The translations under genes were made by a program, and so were the position numbers. A DNA stretch of 64,000 nucleotides. It comes from an uncultured virus (IMG/VR IMGVR_UViG_3300020162_002069). Lineage: Duplodnaviria; Heunggongvirae; Uroviricota; Caudoviricetes. Where the stretch lies: the IMG/VR virus record IMGVR_UViG_3300020162_002069; one strand, given 5' to 3'. Below are positions 58,401-64,000 of this stretch, in pieces (positions within the stretch are counted from its first letter, which is position 1; every line of letters begins with the position of its first letter). The notes below the pieces were generated by a model, which saw only the letters and a program-made list of their open reading frames with translations, had not been told where the DNA came from and ran no database searches.

Positions 58401-61400
58401 ATGAACTGAAGTAATTTCTCCTCTAAAAATTGGTTGAACAACTGCTTTAAAAGTAGTAGTCCCAATTGAAGAAATACCAACGTTACCAATAATTTCAACA
58501 GAAATTTCTGGATAATTAAATGATTGAATCCCAGAACCAATTGAAGTTAAATTGATAAATTGTTTTGTAGAATAATAAAAATTATTTTCTACAGATCCAG
58601 TTCCAATTACCGATAAATTAAAACTATTATTATCAACTTTTGTTAGATAGTATTCTGTATTATTGGTTAGTCCTCCAATTATTGATCCATTTGTAGAGTA
58701 TTTTACAATTTCCCCAGATTCAAATTCATGATTTGAAATATTAATTTGATTTATTGAAGTATTAATACCCGCTACTGAACTTAAAACTGTTTTTTTCTTA
58801 TTTTGATATCCAGAACCGGAATTTTCTATATTAACTGATCCTAAAATGGATTTTTTATTAAAAGATCTAAACTCATGATCTCCAATTCCATGTGAGGTTA
58901 AGTTGACCGTATTAATTCCAGATATTGCATCACCTAAAGTATTGTGCAACTTAACTGTAGTTGATGATTGTACAGAAACAAAATATGAGGAATCTGTAGA
59001 TAATCCACCAACTCCCCTTTGTCCTTTAGTATCATAAATTATTCTTTCAGTATTTCGGAATTTATGGTAAGTATTAAATCCAACAGTATTACTTATTAAA
59101 GATACTTGTTCAGAATTAATTTCAGAATTAAAAATTGATTGATGGTCAACTAATTTCATACCAGCATAAGCTTTAGCACCTATACCATTTCCACCGGTTA
59201 TTCTAATTGATGGTATTTCTGCATAATCAAATCCAGAATCAACTATTCTTATTTGACTAAGAGAACCTCTTACTGCACAATATGCCGTGGCGCCAGAACC
59301 TACGGGGTCGCTAATTGATAAAATAGGAGGATTAATTATATCATAATCAATCCCAGGAGCGGTAACTTCTATTTCATTTAATGATCCATAATATACAATA
59401 TCTCTAGATTTGTAATTTAATACTTCAACACCATTAATTAAGATTCCAGTAAATCCAGGTTCTGTTGGATATTCTGCTCCATCATTAATAGGAGAAGAAA
59501 TTTCCCTGAAAAGATTTTGTGATTGTAGTGTTTTTGATTTAAACTTATAATATTCAAGTTTATTTGAATTTATTGTTACTGGACTATCAACAGAAACAAA
59601 TTTTGAATAGTAAATATCTGATTTACTCTTAGCAAGTTTAATATTACTTGAATCTATTCTTTTAATAAAATATGTACCCTCATCAAACAACTTACTCAGA
59701 ATTTGTGCAGTTTCAATAATAGTACCATCTTCATCAAATGATTCTGATACTATTTTTTCAGGAGTATAGTAAACTAAATCTCCAGTATAAAATCCATGAT
59801 CTGTAGTTGAAGTAATTTTAAAAGTGTCTGAATTAAATGTTCCTGAAAAAATTATTTCTCTTGAAGATGCATTTAATGATATATTGTTGTAGTAGGGAAG
59901 AGATGTTGATGCAACTATAGTTTTATCTTTATCTTTGTAAATATTTTGAATGTTTGCATTATTAACAGAAATTTTTGGAAACGTTGAAGAGTTTGGTTTT
60001 AAAATATTTCTTTTTACTGCATACAAATTGGTAATTAATAATTCACCCTGACCCTTTATGTTAAATGATTTTTCTGAAACAACATCAATTATGGTAGAGT
60101 TCTTTTCTATTCCACTACTATCAATTATTTTTAAACTGTCACCTATTCTAAAAATGTGATTTAACTTTGTATTGACTCTATAAGTATTATCTGTACTATC
60201 AATCAAAGAAATTGATTCAACATTATATGAAGTTGAAATATTAAAAAACCAATTATTAGAAACTACATCTTCTGAATTAACTCCTAAAGTTTTAATTTGT
60301 GAGGTATAATCCTTTTTAAGATAGTATGTATCATCGATTAAATTAAAATCTTTTATAACTGAAGTAATTCTTACTTTAACGGTATTATCAAAATTTTGTG
60401 CGTAAGTACTAATACCAATATTTGTAGAATCCTCAATAATTCCTGTGATATTTGAACATCCAAAGAATTGATTTATATTTTTTGACTCATATTTTATAAT
60501 ACCTCTCGTTGTATCATTATATGTAACGTACAGTTCACCACTATTTGGAAATCCTACAGTTGAATCAACATCAAGAGTCTTAAGTTCATTAATAGAATCT
60601 GCATTATACTGCCCAATTACCTTAGTTTGTGGATGAACTTTAAATCCTCCATACAATGCACCATCAAATGTAATATCTTTATTATATCCAGAATCAAAAC
60701 TAAGTCTATAATATTCTTTTGCATCTTTAGAAATTATTTTTTCTACCTTTGTAATTGGCGCATATGCTTTTGAAAAATCTAGATATTCTTCTTGAATTAA
60801 AGTGGAATTTATTAAATTTTCTGGATTTCCCTCAATACTTTCTACAACCAAATCAGATGTAACTTGGAATTGTGCGTCTGAAGGTCTAAAGAGATATTCT
60901 TTAGGTCTAATAATGCTTGCATCTTCACCATAAAGAACTTTAAATAAAATTTCAAACGATTCATCAGTACCCTTACTTCTATAGAAATCCTTTGACTGCT
61001 TAATGAATAAAGAATTATTTAAATCCTTAGTTAAAGTTCTATTTTCAAATCCAGGAGTTAATTGATACTTAATTTTGAGTAAAAATTCTTTTAGGAATAA
61101 AGAACTCAAATTAGTAATAGTAGATTCAGCAGAATGATCTGCAGATTCTGATTTAGAAAATACTAATTGGTCTGGTTGATTTTGGGACTTATAAGAACTT
61201 ATCCCACTAAATCCTCTTATACACCCAGTAAAAGAATTAAAAGTTTTTCCAGTATAAGTAATTACTTCGTCATTAATTTTTAACAATCCATATTTTTCAG
61301 GAAACCCATTTGTTCCTGTTGGCGTTGAAGATACATCTACAAATATAATATTATCAAACGAAGAAATATTTTCAAGTAAAATAGCAGACTCTGCTTGACT

Positions 61401-61583
61401 AGTTACTTCATCAACTTTGATATATTTATCAATATTTTGAATTAAATCAATAGGAGATCCTTGAAACTCTTGAGAACGATAGTATTGGGATAAAAATTCT
61501 GATACTAACGGAAACTCCTCCCTTACATAAGATGGAAGTTGATTGTTAACGATGTTGCTGAACTGAATTCTTTTCTCTAACAT
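49482..61583 (-). CDS. gp7: Giant baseplate wedge initiator-like protein (4033 aa)
   Basis: FYRSKGT..SFEILFK and YYQNFSYSIKS..NHTTGF motifs; lies between gp6 and gp8; many inserted repeats and a YHYH-like segment. Confidence 0.75.
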   Translation of the reverse strand: MLEKRIQFSNIVNNQLPSYVREEFPLVSEFLSQYYRSQEFQGSPIDLIQNIDKYIKVDEVTSQAESAILLENISSFDNIIFVDVSSTPTGTNGFPEKYGLLKINDEVITYTGKTFNSFTGCIRGFSGISSYKSQNQPDQLVFSKSESADHSAESTITNLSSLFLKEFLLKIKYQLTPGFENRTLTKDLNNSLFIKQSKDFYRSKGTDESFEILFKVLYGEDASIIRPKEYLFRPSDAQFQVTSDLVVESIEGNPENLINSTLIQEEYLDFSKAYAPITKVEKIISKDAKEYYRLSFDSGYNKDITFDGALYGGFKVHPQTKVIGQYNADSINELKTLDVDSTVGFPNSGELYVTYNDTTRGIIKYESKNINQFFGCSNITGIIEDSTNIGISTYAQNFDNTVKVRITSVIKDFNLIDDTYYLKKDYTSQIKTLGVNSEDVVSNNWFFNISTSYNVESISLIDSTDNTYRVNTKLNHIFRIGDSLKIIDSSGIEKNSTIIDVVSEKSFNIKGQGELLITNLYAVKRNILKPNSSTFPKISVNNANIQNIYKDKDKTIVASTSLPYYNNISLNASSREIIFSGTFNSDTFKITSTTDHGFYTGDLVYYTPEKIVSESFDEDGTIIETAQILSKLFDEGTYFIKRIDSSNIKLAKSKSDIYYSKFVSVDSPVTINSNKLEYYKFKSKTLQSQNLFREISSPINDGAEYPTEPGFTGILINGVEVLNYKSRDIVYYGSLNEIEVTAPGIDYDIINPPILSISDPVGSGATAYCAVRGSLSQIRIVDSGFDYAEIPSIRITGGNGIGAKAYAGMKLVDHQSIFNSEINSEQVSLISNTVGFNTYHKFRNTERIIYDTKGQRGVGGLSTDSSYFVSVQSSTTVKLHNTLGDAISGINTVNLTSHGIGDHEFRSFNKKSILGSVNIENSGSGYQNKKKTVLSSVAGINTSINQINISNHEFESGEIVKYSTNGSIIGGLTNNTEYYLTKVDNNSFNLSVIGTGSVENNFYYSTKQFINLTSIGSGIQSFNYPEISVEIIGNVGISSIGTTTFKAVVQPIFRGEITSVHLESNGSNYGSSEILNYNRQPLITLNSGSGAKVIPIISNGRIIEVLVNSSGSGYNSPPNLTIDGEGFGAVLTPIIENGQLIKVNVIESGIGYLPSTTAINVITTGLLAEFNTKIQSWNVNLFQKNSTIVSDDDGVLSEGINQNFELEYSYLYAPRKLREIVYASDQAGNILYGRKDLIKSGNKEVLSNNHSPIIGWAYDGNPIYGPYGYSTKQGGIISQMRSGYKLDLKSNRPSVSAFPAGFFIQDYSHFEVSDETVLDKNNGRFCVTPEYPNGAYVYFATISNSAADSSGPFAGYKSPVFPYLIGDNFNSKPNEFNFKAASNQNDLDLNQTNFSRNTNPYNLIENGASYAYLDIPNLLNQTVDIKYATPGSVEKINISSGGSGYKIGDKLVFDNEGTDGSNVSAEVERIFGRSVNSISVATTSISNVEFYPITSQGNFLVFSENPHNFTNSDLIVVSGLNTTSSLIEGSYRIGVTTNTIALTAGIGSTATTGIVTYFSVAGNLNYPNIRENDILGIGTEQIKVLNVDARSSRIRALRAINGTVGSSHSVTDVLYENSRKLIINAGFRSQYDYQINREIYFNPIDAVGLGTTSGIGIGVTLIFSNPGVGITQIFIPTRSIYIPNHQLNTGDELIYSTNNGSVIGVSTNGISTSVSLSNQSIVYVARISDDLIGISTFKVGLGTGGTFVGITSQTSGTGILHFTSVGTGENHSFKTTYNGLIGDISKNTVTVSTAQTHGLLNNDTVFIDVNPSISTTFTFKYNDYNRKLLVNPKDFISAGINTVTNTITIIDHKFESGQKVIHTASIPAIGLENNKEYFIFVVDTNNIRLTNTYYDSINVKPNIVGITSASNGTLSNINPPIQVYKNSSVIFDLSDSSLSYTQQSTLYPAFDLKFFNDSNLTKNYNSNSDDQVFEVQKIGTVGVTSDAKVILSVNENTPENLYYNLIPIYDGNLPENKKLITEDREVLSNNEIQILSSQYNGIYNIIVGSSTSFTYDVAKVPEEDLYISGISSIKYETNSSNTNGSISKIKILNRGQNYYSLPQILSVTSGIGTGEILEPSSTSIGKIKSVKINDIGFDFPSDLTIRPSVSIPQVVKVDPLSSFESIGISSFGRGYTSAPKLIVLDGKTDNIVPEIDLKFTLGNNKIEILKNTFGLNNITPTILPIQNSNGVGISSIQYDSITKNVTVVLSVGFSTANSFPFAVNDKVLIENISVGVTSTGKGFNSENYNYQLFTLTSVTENLGGLGGSVTYNLNEFLIGSESPGTFNPNNSSGRIIAQKQFPIFDIVLRKNDYLIGETVTSESFTGTVEDWDSKLDFIKILSKDNFKVGEIIKGSSSKTQGVTSSIDRFDAFFNLAATSKFINGWKSDAGVLNDNLQRIQDSFYYQNFSYSIKSRVSFDTWNDVVSTLNHTTGFVKFSDYQLESNLSVEDSNSLTINLPSDLTSVEVISDIISVVNLNCVYDFDLVRENSLQIGSQIFSDEIIFSNRILTDYAESIGNRVLSIDDIRSQFNSNPRPTRFSEVHRFNLADVRSQKYITYIRDKRFVGERQLLLVTTLRDDAGNGYLNQYARVENTYDMGSFDFAIDGSEGVLLFYPTKFSVNDFDVTTLSYNINDNLSGIGSTNFGGIVDIKSNSVLVSSGPTTIVSIANTYRSTKILVSILSDNQQYEFDELTVIHDGTNVEFLEYGQLTTHSFDSYSSSGLGTYYPYLSGSELKVDFTPNVGIAVTINTIQVAFGSTTSVGIGTYDMKHARLEGRSTSIASTSTPSPIIISEYPDIYDGAYFIIQVSDNTNNVHQISEVALIDDGTDVYITEYANVDTLSGLGTIGAQKTSSVVDLTFTPLPNIDVDVKVYLNALRYEDDEKDIIDFINSEIQTDYGTYEGTDVDIKRAFNLTHKNDPIFERYFAGDSSVVVNVTSNTISIPNHFFVTGEEVRYINAGAGTTQAIGIAATTFTGVGLTDKLPDSVYVVKVDINNIKLSRSAEDALNIVPKTLDITNVGIGTLQRFISTNQNAKVIVALDNLIQSPIVSTATTTTLATNAFTTSDIIFFNQITSFFGGDLIRIGDEIMRIDGVGIGSTNAIQVRRPRLGTSIAGYSTGALVTKVSGNYNIVDNVLNFAEAPFGNIPLSSPTNRPDERDWVGISTGSSFQGRSFIRSGIVNSLDETYHKNYIFNDISSGFNGITKKFTLKSNGTDVDGIANKNAVILINDIFQGPGITYDYNLTESVGVTTITFTGAATSVAYDVNNASIPRGGVIVSVGSTEGFGYQPLVSAGGTANVSIAGTISTISIGNSGSGYRSGVQIVKVGVALSSTGTPSIEFIGTATVSNGSIVSIAITNPGSGYTSTNPPYVIFDDPLSYSNLPLIYSSVSSGVGTQATVNVVVGQGSSVIDFEIINTGYGYIEDQILTVPIGGPTGIPTTGSSFKEFKISIQKTFADKFTGWSIGELQVLDSLDDKFDGETVSFPITVSNNLISILSSKGSNINVQDTLLIFINDILQIPGGGYIFPGGSIITFTEPPKIGDTSKILFYRGSGSVDVVDVDILETVKIGDGLTIGYDSSLGQSPTLQEEERTVTSINSTDLVNTNPYFGPGNVSDETLERPVVWCRQTEDKIINELPIGKDRMLYEAAITPTSYLIQPVGVGNTILRVDNVRPFFNPTNENDTSLAFQNSITIISQDNKVGASATAVVSIAGTVTSIVISDGGVGYTTTPTVSISQPIGFGTTAVQNTALTSVTISGGVVTGIAVTFGGGGYISTIPPQVLIESPSIIKETNNVTSYVGDSGVIVGFGTTATGIIFDLFIPMDSYLRTTSLTYPSGVYVGTAVTISGIGTGDYFLVYDSNIGFASTSITSKDTSNNTIGIGTNFINNVYQVKSVSNVSVANTMIGIATVGTATTTVRRVSATVSGISTISGYSGVGIGTTTISFGNFSWGRIELTTRTEENSYNFYGTNGVGGISTSGVVKRTLPLRFKNYNIT

Positions 61584-61587
61584 TTTT

Positions 61588-63516
61588 TTATGATCTTACT
61601 AAGTTCCCGTTTGCGTAGCTTGAAGTTACAATATAGTTTGATGCTGAAGGATCTAGACCCGAAGATATTTCATCCGTCACCATTTCAAATAAACTATTAC
61701 TAATATCTAGTTGTAAATATAAATCTTGTAATCCAATAACATCATTGGATTTTGGAATAACTGAAATTTGAATAATTGATTGTTCATCTTTTATTTTTCC
61801 AGTAGAAAATATATTGATTGGATTTAATGTAATAATTCCAGTTTTGTATATAATATTTCCAACATTTCTTTTAACAATTGTTGGTGTTAAAGAATTTGTT
61901 GCAGGAAGAACAAATAAAAATAAAGATCCAGTTTCTCTGTTGGTATTTGGAACATCTGATAAGTATACTTCCTGTTGTACATCAGAAACTCTAAAAGGTG
62001 TGGTTTTAATATTAAACCCATTCATACTTTTAATATGAAATTCATTTCCAAATCCTATCTGATACTCTGCAAAAGTATTTAACACAACTCTTAAATCTCT
62101 TCTCATTTGAATAGTTGTTATATTAGATGTAACCGACTCATGACTATCATCAATAACTTTTAAAAATTTACTATATTTAAATCTTGCTCCATACTTATTC
62201 AGTTCCGTTGATTCTGCATATTTTGTAGTATTGTTTTGTATAATACTTGATACAAAGTCTGAACTTGGTGCAAGATTTGTATTATAATAAATTTTTGAGA
62301 TTATTTCAATATAAAGATATTTTAAATCTAAAATCTCAGGAACAATCCCTGCAACAGCATACTTTTTAAGTTTAAGTTTAATATTTTCTTTAATTAAATT
62401 TGGTAAAAAGTCTCCTGATCTTGGTTTAATACTTATAAAGACCTTTCCATACTGTGGCGGAATTAATTCTTCACCACCAAATACAGAAATAGATTCGGTT
62501 TCTGGGTAAATTTTTGCAGGAATTAAAGTTTCATAATCATTTGCAGTAAGAGCTCTATTTTGTGATGCATAAATTCTTGGCGCATATTTCTTAATTGACT
62601 CAACCGATTCAATATTTTCTCCACCAGATGCAATTAATCCTGTGGTTAATAGAGAAATGCCAGAAGTAATTATATATTCTATAGAATTTCTATTATACGT
62701 AATTCTTCCGGCAAATGTAAATTGACTTATACCATTTGCACTATCACCATTTGAAGTAATATATCCAATTTCTATAAAGTTTCCTTCCTCAAGTTTTTTG
62801 CCAAAGATTCCATCTCCAAAAATAAGTTCATATCTTTCATCTTCAATCTCCTGTAAGAAGAAAATTTTAGATTCCTTATCAATATCAAAAAGACTATCTT
62901 GTCGACTATATTTTACTGAGCGTGTAGACTGTTCATTATTTCTTACAATTACTGAAATTAAATCAGTATCAATACCACTATTCGGTAAAATAAATCTTTG
63001 ATTTGGATTATTAGAACTAAAAGTAAAATTGCTTGTTAAACGAGTTCCTTGATAAACTTCAAGATCTTCAAATGTTGCTATACCATTGAAGACTGGAACT
63101 GTAATATCTTCTAAAATACAGAACACAAAGGACTGATTACCAAAACTACCTGAGGTGCTTGCTACAGGTCCTTTACGGAGGGTTAGAGAGGATGGTGTGG
63201 GAGTTATATTCGAAGCATCTATAAAGAAACTTATTGTTGCTCTTGCTGCTTTTCTTGATCTAGGAATGTAACCAATATGTCTAGCAAGTGCTACTACATT
63301 TTCTCTCAGAGTGGCACTATCGATAAAGACTTCATTTGCCACCATATTGGCATTATATGAAGTAATATATGTGTTATATGCTAATACATCAATAATAGTT
63401 GACAGATTTGATCCTTCAAAATCATAATCTGTAAAGTTTGAATTAGATCTTAAATAATCTTTAAGAGTAATTTTTATCTGATCGAAATCAAGATTTGAAA
63501 AGTTTACTAGGGGCAT
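61588..63516 (-). CDS. gp6: Baseplate wedge subunit
   Basis: LDFDQIK, FTDYDFEGS, FIDSATLRENVV, QNRALTANDY. Confidence 0.94.
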   Translation of the reverse strand: MPLVNFSNLDFDQIKITLKDYLRSNSNFTDYDFEGSNLSTIIDVLAYNTYITSYNANMVANEVFIDSATLRENVVALARHIGYIPRSRKAARATISFFIDASNITPTPSSLTLRKGPVASTSGSFGNQSFVFCILEDITVPVFNGIATFEDLEVYQGTRLTSNFTFSSNNPNQRFILPNSGIDTDLISVIVRNNEQSTRSVKYSRQDSLFDIDKESKIFFLQEIEDERYELIFGDGIFGKKLEEGNFIEIGYITSNGDSANGISQFTFAGRITYNRNSIEYIITSGISLLTTGLIASGGENIESVESIKKYAPRIYASQNRALTANDYETLIPAKIYPETESISVFGGEELIPPQYGKVFISIKPRSGDFLPNLIKENIKLKLKKYAVAGIVPEILDLKYLYIEIISKIYYNTNLAPSSDFVSSIIQNNTTKYAESTELNKYGARFKYSKFLKVIDDSHESVTSNITTIQMRRDLRVVLNTFAEYQIGFGNEFHIKSMNGFNIKTTPFRVSDVQQEVYLSDVPNTNRETGSLFLFVLPATNSLTPTIVKRNVGNIIYKTGIITLNPINIFSTGKIKDEQSIIQISVIPKSNDVIGLQDLYLQLDISNSLFEMVTDEISSGLDPSASNYIVTSSYANGNLVRS

Positions 63517-63918
63517 TTATCTGGTTGGTTGTAAAACAAACTCTAACTGTTGTGCTGGAATATCAACACCAACTACTCTGTAGATAATAATTACATCAAA
63601 TGCTCCATTATCAAAATCAGGAATTGTTTGAACATCTATTAAACTAACTCTTGGTTCAAAATTATTAATCGAATTTCTGATTTCATCATTAATAATTGAT
63701 GCTGATATTTCATCAATATTTTCAAATAATGATCTACTCACTCTAGATCCAAAATTAGGATTGAAGAATTTTTCACCAGGAAGAGTAAATACAATGTTTC
63801 TTATCGAACGTGCAATTGCAGTTTCATTTTTAAGAGCAATTAGATCACTATTCAGAGGATTATTCTGAAAAGTCATACTAATGTCTCTAAAACCTTGACT
63901 TACCCTTTCTAAAGGCAT
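63517..63918 (-). CDS. gp25: Baseplate wedge subunit
   Basis: SIRNIVFTLPGEKFFNPNFGS, NFEPRV. Confidence 0.92.
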   Translation of the reverse strand: MPLERVSQGFRDISMTFQNNPLNSDLIALKNETAIARSIRNIVFTLPGEKFFNPNFGSRVSRSLFENIDEISASIINDEIRNSINNFEPRVSLIDVQTIPDFDNGAFDVIIIYRVVGVDIPAQQLEFVLQPTR

Positions 63919-63944
63919 TGATTATTACAATTCTATCTTATTTA

Positions 63945-64000
63945 TCACCGATTTTTTGATTCATAAAGTGGTTCAGTACCATATTCCCAGTCATCATAGT
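63945..64000 (-). CDS. C-terminal end of a hypothetical protein (partial)
   Basis: ...YDDWEYGTEPLYESKNR*; the stop overlaps an ATAAATA late-promoter motif upstream of gp25. Confidence 0.45.
   Translation of the reverse strand, partial: YDDWEYGTEPLYESKNR

Noticed and set aside
37754..61583. Recurrent GIGT/GSGY-type repeats as a DNA repeat array or CRISPR
   Set aside because: The repeats are degenerate, in-frame protein motifs with no identical direct repeats or spacers.
1..64000. tRNA, rRNA, integrase or transposase genes
   Set aside because: Intergenic gaps are short and explained by promoters, terminators or small ORFs; no cloverleaf or recombinase motifs were recognised by eye.

Overview
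This window is the conserved replication and morphogenesis core of an AT-rich T4-like myovirus, most likely a cyanophage (cobS/cobT-like pair, hsp20, VrlC-like and giant baseplate proteins, candidate NblA). Almost all genes are on the minus strand. Read in that direction: gp25, gp6, gp7-like, gp8, VrlC-like, gp13-16, a modular protein, gp17-23, gp3, uvsY, uvsW, gp55, an HNH gene, gp47, gp46, cobT/cobS-like, gp45, gp44, dam, gp62, regA, hsp20, gp43, uvsX, a hydroxylase and gp41. The standout is at the left edge. The gp41 helicase is fractured inside its Walker A motif by an atypically split intein with a 16-aa N-fragment. The large intein fragment starts in a separate ORF (219..1, absent from the ORF track), and an oppositely oriented HNH endonuclease gene with its own late promoter lies between the two halves. 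Other signals read from the sequence are a ROSE-like thermometer leader on hsp20, a hairpin that hides the ribosome-binding site of a second HNH gene, a perfect antisense sigma70 promoter back-to-back with the gp55 promoter, a shared upstream box at the cobS and cobT promoters, a capsid-targeting-sequence protein, a likely gp21-processed polyprotein and an unannotated 59-aa NblA-like ORF. No tRNA, rRNA or CRISPR array was seen. All protein assignments come from motif recognition and gene order, not database searches.
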